The notes beneath the pieces are model-generated. The model saw only the letters and a list, made by a program, of their open reading frames with translations. It made no database searches and had not been told where the DNA came from. The translations under genes were made by a program, and so were the position numbers. 64,000 bases of DNA from an uncultured delta proteobacterium (GTDB taxonomy: Bacteria > Myxococcota_A > Polyangia > Polyangiales > Polyangiaceae): NCBI GenBank assembly GCA_963835565.1, contig CAWIGY010000075.1, positions 88-64,087 on the forward strand, read 5' to 3'. This document shows positions 46,901 through 57,487 of this stretch, piece after piece; position 1 is the stretch's first letter, and the number at the start of each line of letters is the position of its first letter.

Positions 46901-48441
46901 ATGCAAACGGCCAGTGTTCGAGTGAGCGATCCGGACGAGGTCCTAAAGAATGTCTTCGGGTACAACTCGTTTCGCCCGGGTCAGCGGGAATTGATCAACG
47001 AAGTGTTGTCTGGGCGCGACGCCGTCGGGATCATGCCGACTGGTGCGGGAAAGTCGTTGACCTATCAGATCCCGGCTCGAATTCTGGCGGGCACAGCCTT
47101 GGTGGTGAGTCCTCTAATAGCGCTCATGAAGGATCAGGTGGATGCTCTCGCCGGCGTGGGACTTCGCGCGACATATCTGAATTCAAGCCTCTCTTACCAG
47201 GAGCGCCGTTCGCGGATTGACCGAGCAGCGGCCGGAGAATTCGAGCTAGTTTATGCGGCGCCCGAAGGCTTGGAGGCCTCCGTTGCTCAGGTGCTGGGGC
47301 GTGTCAACTTGAGTTTGATTGCGGTGGACGAGGCACACTGCATCAGTCATTGGGGACATGACTTTCGCCCGGCTTATCGCAACCTCGCCGGGCTCAAGCA
47401 GCGCTTGGGCAATATTCCCGTGCTAGCACTGACGGCAACGGCGACCGACGAAGTGACTCAGGATATCATTGAGCAACTGGGCATTTTGCAACCAGCGTTG
47501 TATCGGGGTTCATTCTTTCGCAGTAACCTTCAGCTTTATAGCTATGCTAAGGGCAGCCGACAGAGAGGGCTCTCTCAAGATTCCTCCGGTGCGAGAAGCC
47601 ATTACCAAGCTCATCACTGAACGCCCCGACGAAAGCGGCATCGTATATTGCCTATCGCGCAAATCGACCGACAGTTTGGCGGATTATCTCAGGCATCGTG
47701 GCATTCGAGCGAGCGCCTATCACGCCGGATTGGGGGCTGCCGAGCGCTCGAAAGTTCAGGAGGCATTTTCTCGAGACGACATCGACGTTGTGGTGGCGAC
47801 TATCGCTTTCGGCATGGGGATCGATAAGTCCAACGTACGTTACGTGATTCATCGCGATATGCCCCGCTCGATCGAGGGATATTATCAGGAGATCGGGCGT
47901 GCGGGTCGTGACGGTGTGTCGAGCGATTGCATCCTGTTTTATTCTTGGGCCGAAGTGATCGCTTATGACCGATTTGCGGCGCAAGCCCCGCCTGTAATCA
48001 GTGAGCGGATACGCAGCCAAGCGCGAGAGATGTTCCGTTTCGCGTGCGAGCCAGGCTGCCGACATCAGCGCTTAGTCGGATACTTCGGCGATCTTTTGGC
48101 ACAATGCGGGAGTTCCTGCGACCAATGCAGGCCGCGAAAATCTTTTTGCCTCTACCAAAAGGTTACACCGCGAACCTGCGAGTCGTGGTTCTAAAGCAAG
48201 TCGTTCGGTTGACAATGGCGAACCTGGTGGACTTTTTGGCCAATTGAAAACGCTAAGACGCAAGATAGCCGACGAACAAGGGGTTCCTGCTTTCGTGGTA
48301 TTCAGTGATGCAACGCTTCTGGAAATAGTTGCGCGCCACCCAATTTCACCGCGTGAGCTATTGGACGTACCCGGGATTGGTCCAGTCAAGCTCGAGCGTT
48401 ATGGGACGGCATTCCTCGAACTTTTATGCCGCGCGCGTTAG
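46901..48441 (+). pseudogene. recQ: ATP-dependent DNA helicase RecQ, split over three frames
   Basis: Motifs FGYNSFRPGQ, MPTGAGKS and DEAHCISHWGHDFRP. After a switch at about 47540-47600: VYCLSRKSTD, ATIAFGMGIDK, QEIGRAGRDG and the Zn-finger Cys residues. After a switch at about 48150-48245: the HRDC domain. The start is uncertain. Confidence 0.85.
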
Positions 48442-49379
48442 TTGTGTTTCGTTTCTTGTGTGGCTCGAAATAACTGCGTGCTGAGGTATTTCTCGCCACG
48501 ATCAGGCAGGATCATGACAATAGTGCCTTTTTCAATTTCTTGAGCAATCACTCGCGCTGCGAATAACGCAGCCCCGCTGCTCATGCCTACGAATAGTCCT
48601 TCTTCGCGAGCCAGGCGTCGGGCAAGCTCAAACGCGTCTTCTGATTCGATCATGATGTGTCGATCGATCTTGTTTGGGTCGTAAATAGCGGGGACAATCG
48701 CTTCTTCGAGGTTCTTCAGGCCCTGGATGTAATGGCCCCTCACGGGATGTGCGCTGACGATGCGCACCGTCGGCAACTTTTCCTTGAGTGCAAGACCAAC
48801 CCCCATCAAGGTGCCACTGGTTCCCAACGCGGATACAAAGTAATCAAGTTTGCCGTCGGTCTGCGCAATAATCTCTTGAGCGGTGCCTTCGTAATGTGCC
48901 AGTTGGTTGTAGTGATTGGAGAATTGGTCAGGCATGAAGTACCGTTCGGGATTCAGCTGCAATAGTTCCCTGGCTTTCATGATCGCCCCGTCAGTGCCAA
49001 GTTTTGCATCCGTGAGTGTCACTTTTGCTCCAAAGGCTTGAATCATTTCCCGCCGTTCCGAGCTCACCGCTTCGCTCATCACAATCTCGACTGAGTACCC
49101 TTTCACGGCACCGATCATGGCAATACTAATTCCCGTATTGCCACTGGTGGGCTCAAGGATCACCTTACCCGGCTTGAGCTCGCCCTCAGCCAGTGCCTGT
49201 TCGATCATCTTTAGGGCAATCCGATCCTTGATGCTGCCCGTTGGATTGAAGCCTTCAAGCTTGGCAAGCATCTTCACGGATGGGTTTGGATTGAGCCTGT
49301 GGATGGCCACCACCGGTGTGACACCAATTAGGTCGAGAATCGTAGGGGCGGGAGGGGGAGGCTTTAGCGAAGGCGCCAT
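48438..49379 (-). CDS. PLP-dependent cysteine synthase / cystathionine beta-synthase family enzyme
   Basis: GFNPTGSIKDRIAL (the PLP lysine) and TSGNTGISIA. Family-typical length if started at the ATG at 49379. Confidence 0.85.
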   Translation of the reverse strand: MAPSLKPPPPAPTILDLIGVTPVVAIHRLNPNPSVKMLAKLEGFNPTGSIKDRIALKMIEQALAEGELKPGKVILEPTSGNTGISIAMIGAVKGYSVEIVMSEAVSSERREMIQAFGAKVTLTDAKLGTDGAIMKARELLQLNPERYFMPDQFSNHYNQLAHYEGTAQEIIAQTDGKLDYFVSALGTSGTLMGVGLALKEKLPTVRIVSAHPVRGHYIQGLKNLEEAIVPAIYDPNKIDRHIMIESEDAFELARRLAREEGLFVGMSSGAALFAARVIAQEIEKGTIVMILPDRGEKYLSTQLFRATQETKHN

Positions 49380-49592
49380 AAGAGAATCCGAGCAGCAACC
49401 GAACTTACCATGACCGCCACTGCCGCTGCCCCCACAGCGTTTGCGTTGCACGGGAGTCCGCGAGGCAGCGTGGGCCTGGGTATTGACGTAAATCAGACGC
49501 AAACTAAGTCGCCCGATTGAGTGGGGGCCGAAAGACCTCGATCACCCCAATTCCACGCTTTCCTTGACAAGCGACAAGCACTATGGTTCTTA

Positions 49593-50426
49593 ATGAACAT
49601 GAAAGTCATTATCAATAACGTGATTGCGTGCGGGCTGCTTGCAACAGCCTCGGCGGGCGCAACGCCCATGGTGCTTCCCTTCAGTTACCCCAACGAAACG
49701 CTCCCCGAGGGATCCACAGAGATTGAGGCAATCACGGATGTAAACCCCTTGCGGGTGCCTGCGAGCGCCACTGATGCAACGTCGGGCAATCTCTGGGAAC
49801 CTGAGATGATACTTCAGACGGAGCTTGAGTACGGCATTACCGATCGCTTCGAATTGGGTTTCTACCAGCAGTTCAAGTCCGAGCCTCAGCCCGGAGGCGA
49901 AAGCACCTTCATATTTGACGGGCTAAAATGGCGATTACGAACGCGTCTTGCGGAACCGGGAGAGTGGCCCGTAGACATTGGGTTCTACTTGGAACTCGAG
50001 ACGATGCACGACGAACTGTCCCTTGAAGGTAAGGTCAATTTACAGAGACGCTTGGGGCACGCCTTGTTGCTGAGCAACCTGTGGGTTGAAGAGGAATTTG
50101 ATCGGCCTTACGACACCAAAGCGCACGGACAGCAAGCGCGCTTCATTGTCAATCCTACAGCGGGACTGGCGTATCAAATTACGCCAAGTTTTCACCCGGG
50201 GATTGAATTTTGGGCCCGCGGACAGTTGGTTGCATCGGGTGCAACTGCGCAAGCCATGGAGAACTCGCGAGTCCAATATTTCATCGGTCCATCGACGCAT
50301 ATCAACCTGGGTCGGCTCTGGTGGACGGTGGGCTTCTACTTTCACGCTAACAGTATGCGAAGGCCCCAGCCCGGTGACGCCTATGGGCCCTTCTGGCTTC
50401 GCACCATGCTCGGACTGGATTTGTGA
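49593..50426 (+). CDS. putative outer-membrane beta-barrel protein
   Basis: Signal peptide MNMKVIINNVIACGLLATASAGA. Beta-strand-like alternation is present. Ends with aromatic-rich strands. Confidence 0.45.
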   Translation: MNMKVIINNVIACGLLATASAGATPMVLPFSYPNETLPEGSTEIEAITDVNPLRVPASATDATSGNLWEPEMILQTELEYGITDRFELGFYQQFKSEPQPGGESTFIFDGLKWRLRTRLAEPGEWPVDIGFYLELETMHDELSLEGKVNLQRRLGHALLLSNLWVEEEFDRPYDTKAHGQQARFIVNPTAGLAYQITPSFHPGIEFWARGQLVASGATAQAMENSRVQYFIGPSTHINLGRLWWTVGFYFHANSMRRPQPGDAYGPFWLRTMLGLDL

Positions 50427-50485
50427 CGGCCATTGCATTCTGTTCTAGGACTTCGCAAAACAGCGTCCGCAGCGCTGCTATCGTC

Positions 50486-50755
50486 ATGAATGTGCTTCTG
50501 TTACTAGGCAACCTTTTCTTGATAAGTTCCTGCGTAATTCCGGCTCCGACGAGCAAAGTTGCTACGGGTGAGGACTTACCCATCATGCGTATTTACTACT
50601 CGCGTTGCGGGGCCTGCCATGTGCCGGTGAAACCGGGAACGCGAACGGGCCATGAACTCACTCGAGCGTTGGCCAAGCATCGAAAACGAGTACGACTCAC
50701 CGAGCGACAATGGGACGAACTCACTTTTGCACTGGCAGCTCCCGGTCGCACGTAG
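50486..50755 (+). CDS. small lipoprotein with a single CXXCH motif (possible c-type heme site)
   Basis: Lipobox LFLISSC. Motif YYSRCGACHV. The ORF is open from a GTG at 50423 that overlaps the upstream stop. Confidence 0.4.
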   Translation: MNVLLLLGNLFLISSCVIPAPTSKVATGEDLPIMRIYYSRCGACHVPVKPGTRTGHELTRALAKHRKRVRLTERQWDELTFALAAPGRT

Positions 50756-51056
50756 AGTCAAGTTGTCGCAGCGTCCGGGCGAATCGGGCGAGCTGACCTC
50801 GCCTAATCAGCGCAACTTTTTTGACTCGCGACAACTGCTTGATTGCAAATTCGAGTCGCAGCGCGTCGCCTTGGCTCTGGCAGCGTCGCTTGGCGCATAA
50901 TTCGAAGGGACCTCGCCCCGTTGTATAGCGAGCGCCACGACCTTCTTCATGCGCGCGAATTCTTGATAGTACGTCCCGCGCAATCCCTGTGTAAATTGTT
51001 CCGTCTCCGCAACGCAGCAGATAAACATACCAAGTATCAGGCGCTTTTATACTCAT
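50721..51056 (-). CDS. GIY-YIG domain protein (UPF0213/YhbQ-like) with C-terminal extension
   Basis: WYVYLLRCGDGTIYTGIARDVLSRIRAHEEGRGARYT. The start at 51056 lies 20 nt after the SDR stop. Confidence 0.75.
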   Translation of the reverse strand: MSIKAPDTWYVYLLRCGDGTIYTGIARDVLSRIRAHEEGRGARYTTGRGPFELCAKRRCQSQGDALRLEFAIKQLSRVKKVALIRRGQLARFARTLRQLDSTCDRELPVQK

Positions 51057-51075
51057 AGCCAGGGCGATTGCCCGC

Positions 51076-51774
51076 TTATCCACTCGCGTAGTCTTGCGCA
51101 CGGAACAAGACTCCGTGTACTTCGCCATCGACCAGGGCAGGCACTAATGCTCCGGGCATGACGGACTCTACCGAGTTCGGCGCATTTTGCCCCCCCAAAT
51201 CTGTTCGCAGCCAGCCGGGATCGAGCAAGTTCATCAAAACACCGGAGCCCCGCAAAGACGGCGTTGTGTCGCGCACGAATTTATCCAAGGCTGCCTTTGA
51301 AGCTGCATAAGCCATTAGTTCCGGCTGATCCTGTATGCCCGAGGTCACTTGGACAATGCGACCCCAGCGGCGTTGTCGCATACCCGGCAAAACTCGGTAC
51401 GTAATGCAAATGGGTGCAATGACATTGACCTCAAAGGATCGACGGTAGTCCTCGGCGGGGGTTGCGAGGTAATCGCTCCGAAAGGGCGTCATTATTGCGG
51501 CGTTATTATAAACGATATCGAGGCCTCCCGATGCAGCCAGCGCTTCATCCAACAGAGCCTCGACGGCCTTTTCATCGGAAAGTTCGGCTGCCAACCGAAC
51601 GACTTGAATGCCGGTGCCCGCCAATTCCGAAGCCAGTTTTTCAGTATGCTGAAGTTGTCGGCTATGCAATGCCAGATGACAACCCCGCTCGGCCAAGCCT
51701 CGCGCGATTTGCTGACCAATGCCGCGACTCGCGCCGGTTACCAATGCCCACTTGCCTTTGAGTTCGACTTTCAT
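51076..51774 (-). CDS. short-chain dehydrogenase/reductase
   Basis: TGASRGIG cofactor motif, NNAA, and YAASKAA catalytic Tyr/Lys. Confidence 0.9.
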   Translation of the reverse strand: MKVELKGKWALVTGASRGIGQQIARGLAERGCHLALHSRQLQHTEKLASELAGTGIQVVRLAAELSDEKAVEALLDEALAASGGLDIVYNNAAIMTPFRSDYLATPAEDYRRSFEVNVIAPICITYRVLPGMRQRRWGRIVQVTSGIQDQPELMAYAASKAALDKFVRDTTPSLRGSGVLMNLLDPGWLRTDLGGQNAPNSVESVMPGALVPALVDGEVHGVLFRAQDYASG

Positions 51775-51780
51775 ATGATC

Positions 51781-52005
51781 CTAACGGGAATCCTCCCAGC
51801 CGGTTATACCCAACTTGCTAATCCAACTTGAAAAGTCGACAAGCCGTGCCTTAGATTTTCACTCGTAACCCGCAGGTTCGTTCCGACGTTTTGATTGTGT
51901 TGGTGTTGTCTGGGCCCCGGCCCAGACAACTGCTTTCTGAAAACTTGACTCGAGATGTATGAGTTCGGGGCCTTAAGGTCGCTAACGGGAATGCTGCCAG
52001 CCGGT
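51781..52005 (+). repeat. repeat element, copy 4 (full length, 51781-51985) followed by a second left-end module (51982-52005)
   Basis: CTAACGGGAATCCTCCCAGCCGG ... hairpin GTTGTCTGGGCCCCGGCCCAGACAAC ... CCTTAAGGTCGCTAA, then CTAACGGGAATGCTGCCAGCCGGT. Begins 7 nt from the SDR start codon. Confidence 0.9.
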
Positions 52006-52259
52006 GCCGCCAACTATGCCATATTTCACCTGATAGGTCGGTAGGTCGCTAGCTGGCTATTTCCTCCGCCACAACGCTAGCGGACTGCGCCGCTGGGGTT
52101 GGGGCCCCGGCGGCCAACAAGATGAGAAAACTACGGTCTTGCTTCGGCATTGGCCTGCGCCATGGTGGCGTGAAGGGTTCGATCGCGGCCGGAGGTATTC
52201 CGAGGCATACAATAGGTCGATGGTTAGATTTGTGCGGTATCAACCTGGATTAGTTTAGC

Positions 52260-55200
52260 TCAATTCGCGACCACCTCAAGCGTGGTGGCGGCTGCGACGG
52301 TTTTTTGTGTCGGCTCGTAATAAAGGTGCGCTTCGGCTCCGCCGTCCGCGGCTTTTACGGGCATGGTCGCCTGCAAGCGATATTTGATCGACAGCGTCGA
52401 GCTGGGCGACAATGTCGAAAGATAGAGGATCAATTGCTTACCGGTTAGCTCGTATTGGGAAAGAATGTTTTGCTGCACATAGGCATCGAGATCTTCGGTC
52501 AGCACCTGGAAACCTGGAGGAATACCAAGAGTTACCAATACCATGTTCTGCGTCTGTGCACTTGCATTACTTAGATTCACAGCAGCCGTTACTATGTCAT
52601 TCAAGAATAAACTGGTCTTGTCGTAGCTTACAGCGATGCTGAGCGGCCCCTGCGTGTCGGGGCTAGCCTGATCCCAAGGCACGTTATAACCGGAGACAAG
52701 ATTGAAACTGACCTGTCCGTCACCCGTGAAGGTTAGATTGACGGCGTGGCTACCGACACTCGCCTGTGAGATGAGATCGACCGTCGTCATCACGTCCGAT
52801 TGGGACTCGGTGAGAGAAACCGTATTGAAAGGTTGTCCATCGACGAGTACTTGCAATGTGCCAACCGCTCCTTTGGTACCCTTGGTGGCTGCGAGCAGAA
52901 GAGTGCGCAGCGTCCACACGGTGGCCTGAGTGGAGCCGAAGTTGCCCAATGTGTCCTTGGATGCGGTCAGGAAATTGAGAGCGCTTTCGATGGTTTTGGC
53001 ATCACCGCCCGCCTGCAAAAGTGCCGATGTGACCAAGGCAGTGGTCGCGACCGTGCTATCGTTACCTGAACCGTAGAAGTTGGTTTGCGTGCCACCGCTG
53101 TCCCAGGAAACCTGGTCACCGTCGGTTTTTTTCAGCGCGTCCAAACGCGAAAGAACGTCAGTTAGCACCGAGTCGGTGGGAGCCGCCAAAGCAAATGCGT
53201 TGGCAATCAAGGCGAGCGTGTAGGCATCAGGCGTTTCGTCCGCGTAATGCGCTTTGACATACGCTACGCCGTTTCCAATAGCTGCACTTGTGATCCCAGC
53301 GCTGGCCAATGCCCACAGCGTAAATGCGGTATTTCGGACTTTGCTGGTGAAAAAGGAGAAAAACTCCGACTTGTCGCCGGTCCAAGAACCGTCGGATGCC
53401 TGCTGCGATATCAGCCAATTGCAAGTTCGACTCAACATCGCGTCGTCCACGGTCTGAACGGTGGCCATGTCCGCGAATTCCATGACTCCAAACGCCGTAA
53501 CCGAAAGGTAAGGCGCGGGGTCATTCGTGCCGAACCAGGAAAAGCCCCCGCCGGGATGCTCAAAGGTCAACAGGCGTTGATAGCCCGCCGACATGAGAGA
53601 TTCGGCTTTCATCTGAATCTCAGGCGTAATTTGCCCGGTGGCCTTCATGTATCGCGTCACGAGCACGTTGGGCCAAGTACTGGATGTAGTCTGCTCGAAG
53701 CAGCCGGTGGGTACTCTGAGAATGCTGTCCAGCCCCTGAATTACTTGCGAGGTATAGGCAGGATATACCTGCAAGTAGAGCTGTTGCGAGCCATCAATCG
53801 AGTTTACAGGAAATGTGACCGACTGGCTTATGCTAGTCGCCCCGAGCGAGCCCGACTGAGCGGAAACGTAAGCCTTGCCATCCGAGACAACATTTACAAC
53901 GCGCGCCACCGCGTCTGAGGCCTTGGACCCAATCGCCTGCACTGTCAGCGTCCCGAGCCCAACCCGGTCAACCTGAACTGGGAAGCGCACGCCTTTTACC
54001 TCCCCGGTTGTAGATCGACCGAAAGATTAGTCTGACCCAGCGCCGTATACCAATTAGCGGCCTGCAGCGATAGTTGAACTGTCTGCGGCGTGTCGAGATA
54101 GTTGTAGATGGAAATTGGAAACTCTACGTGGTCACCCCGTGTCAACGTCGCTGGAAAGTCGATATCGACGAAAAAGTCCTGATATACGAGCAAGCTTCCG
54201 GTGGCGCTGCCTAGGCGACCTTGTGCACTGTTCGCAAGCATTGACACTCGCCACTGTGTGATACTGTCTGCGAGAGGTAAATCCAGCACGGCCTTGCCAT
54301 CGGGTCCGGTGATGAGTTCCGGATTCACGTACAATGTTTCTGGAAAATCCTGACGAACGCGCGGGCTGCTGGTACTCGAATTCGAGATCGACACGTCGAT
54401 TGCCGCAGCTCCTCCGACTGCTGCGGCCACCATGTCAAAACCGCCCATCATCGGGACGGCCATAAGCGGCAGGCCCAGATCAGAGTAGGAAAAACTAAGC
54501 GTGACGTCGTCTGTTGTGCCCGCGATTTCATCGGGGCCGCGGCTGGTGAAGGTTAACATCGTGTTCCAGCTTGAACTGGTTGCGATAGTAAACGGATTGC
54601 CCCAAGCATCGTAGGCCACCGTGGATGCAGCGACAATTTCCCCAGCAATCCAGCCGTGGTTTCCCCGGCGTTGCCGCAAACTGGAGTAGAGACTGTCGAT
54701 GCTGCAACCCTGGCTCTTCAGTTGGGTTGCCGCGTCGGCGACACTTTGGGTCAATACGGTCTTCAGCTGGGCCGTCACGCCGGTGAAGTAGGGCTGAGCC
54801 AGCGTTTTTGCGTCGGATATAACGCTGGCCCAACTGGCATGGGCGATGCCCGTGACAGCACCTTGACCAATCGCGGAAAGCGATGCTTGCGCTCGATCTT
54901 GAGCGTCTTTGGCGGCCGCGACATCCGCAACGGTGGTGTCGTGAAACAGTAGATCGGTTAAGTTTACTTGAGGGCCTTCGATTTCATAGCTGGGATTAGC
55001 GTAAGCATCCTGAAGTTCGAAGAAAGTTTCAAGTAGCCCGGGCTTGGCATCAATCAGCGAATACACGGCTTCATCAACCACCTGCAGTCCCAGTGCAGCT
55101 ACCGCCGGCTGACCCTGTTCATCCTTTACATCGAACGTTAGATGAGCCGAGCTGCCCGGGGTATATGATGCCGAATCCGTCGTCAAAGTTACCGCGAGTG

Positions 55201-57211
55201 AGGTAGCATCACGAGCGAATACCGTGCGCCCCGCGCGCACAATGTTACCGTCGTCGTCAACCACATAGGCTTGGATCTTATTGGTTCCGAGCAGCGAAGT
55301 GTCTACGGGCATCGAGAAGCTTGCGACGCCACTTTGGGTCGTCAATGTGCGCATGTCGACGGCCTGCCCGTCGTTGAGCCAATCGACGTACACGTTGGGA
55401 GAATTGGCCGTGGAGAACACTTGGACATTAATCGTGTCACCCGCCTGGTAGACGGCCTTGTCCGTGCGAACAAGTACATGTTCCTTGCCTGTTTGCAATA
55501 CGACTGGCACCGTCTTTTGCAGAGTCGAACCACTCGTGGGCGTGACTTGCACGTTCAAGGAACTGGGCGCGTCGCTGCCCGGTGTCCAATTGATAACAGC
55601 CTGCCCGTAGACGTCCGTCGTTGCAGACAGCGAGGTGCCGTCAGTGAGCGGGATCATGACAGTGGTGCCCGAAACCGGCGTTCCTTGGGGATCGGTGACA
55701 AACACCAGGAGTTTGTTTTCGACCCCCGTCACGAGTTCACCGCTCTCTGGTACCACAACTACCTCTAGCGGTTGCGAAGCAACTGTAATGACTTGGTCTT
55801 TCTGGACTACCTGACCCGCAGTATCGGTAACGGTGATGTGCAGATTGATCAGAGCATTGCCTTGTTGCAGTGGTAGCCCGATGAGGGATTTCGGCAACGC
55901 GTAACTATAGGAAAAGTGTCCGGACGCATCCGCCTTACCGACGATCCGCCCCAGCGCAGTTTGGCCCACGTCGAGGGAGGAGACGTCAATCGTGACATCG
56001 CTGTTTGAGACGGGCTTGCCAAAGAAATAGTTAGCATCAACGCTGCCGAGGACGGTGTCCCCCGGCGAGTACCAGGTGTGATCAACTACAGCGGCAATCT
56101 GATATTTTGGCAAGGAGTAGCGCGACACTTCGACGGTCTTTTGCGTCGATTGCCCCTGCAGCGTACAGCTTACTGTGAATGTGCCTTGATTGAGCACGGC
56201 GCCTAATTGAAAGTCGGTTGCTGCAATTCCATAGCTGTCACTTTTGATCGATTTTTTGAACAGCTTATTGTTCTTGGCGTCGGAGATCTCAAACAGCGCG
56301 TCCGCGGCGGTTATTGGTGTGTTACCCACATTCAAAGCGAGCATGCGCAGGTGAATCACCTGTCCGGGTTGATAAATGGGTTTGTCCGTGGTCAGCAGCA
56401 CCTTCGAACTCGGATCTTGGACCTTGAGCGAATCGGTGACTCCGGCTACTATCGGGCCTTGCTGGGTGTTAGCGGCGATGCTGTATTGCCCAGCAACGGG
56501 AAGACTGAGCTCCTGTTCGAATACGCCGAAGTTGTCGCTGCTGCCTGAGTAAGTTGAAGCCGCCTGTCCGTCCTGCTGAAGAGTCAGCGTCACAGGAAAC
56601 TGCGCCAGTGGCTGGTGAGCAAGCGGGTTTTCAGTTACCATCCGGTAAACGGCTTTTTTATCGCTGCGCGGAGTCGATGGGCCTTCCAAGCGCAATTCAT
56701 AGGGCTGTGCGGCATACAGCAAGCTGCGCTTGATCGAAATCCCCTGATCGACCGCATCAACGCGCAGAACATATTGCACCATCGGTGCTTGGCGATTGAG
56801 ATCCGACGGCAAAGGAATTGAGGCGGCCAGCGCTTGCGGGGTACCGGCCGTTACATCGTAGGGAACTTGGACCTTAGTAACGGCCTTACCAGAAACCAAC
56901 TCTAACAATTGAATGGTGAGTTCTCCCGACTGCCTTCCATTCTGAAGGGCAATAGGAATGTTCAAGGCCAACTCACTGCCGGTTGCGGTTCCAACGATTT
57001 TGGATTCATCAATGCTCAATCCAGTTCCGCCAGGATTATCCGGTTCACCCAGGACCGTCTTACCTTTCGGATTGGCAGACTCGCGTTTCGCGGTCTCGGA
57101 GTCCTGCGACGAGCAGGCCAGAAACAAAAGCGTCGCCAGTAAGATCGAAGACGTAAAGGATCGCTTCCTGAGGGTGCGTACTTGATTCGAAACTAATGTT
57201 AAGGATGCCAT
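52260..57211 (-). pseudogene. bacterial alpha-2-macroglobulin-family lipoprotein with thioester motif, one frameshift at a homopolymer
   Basis: Lipobox LLFLACSS. Long array of MG-type beta domains. Thioester site PTGCFEQTTSS (CxEQ). The two ORFs join as ...DLQPG-EVKGVRFPV if one G is added to the G4 run (plus-strand CCCC at 54002-54005). Confidence 0.9.
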
Positions 57212-57487
57212 GTCAGTACTCCGGTCCCGCCCAGCTGTGCCAAATGCCGCGGGGCGGGATTACAACGCAAAAGATATTCCAGTCGAAGACCTGCGTGAAA
57301 CGCGGCTATTTGACAGATTCTTCGGCGAAGGTAATCTTCAGTTTGGCACAATATTTGTGCCAGGATTGGGGGCTGTTTCGGCACGCAGGAGCCGGGTGTC
57401 TCAGTGCCGCGCAAACCATCCAGTCTGCACAATCACACAACACTCGAATTTACACACACTGGCGCCGGCTAGCGCGCGGGGCAGGCT

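Noticed and set aside
49380-49502. N-terminal extension of the cysteine-synthase ORF containing CGGSGSGGHGKFGCC
   Set aside because: The family-typical N-terminus starts at the ATG at 49379. The extension has no start context or known motif and is probably untranslated.
51982-52005. Sigma-54 promoter (GG-N10-GC) in the CTGGCAGCATTCCCGTTAG reading of the module
   Set aside because: The -12 GC is not at the required spacing, and the TGGCAC/TTGCA cores are not matched.
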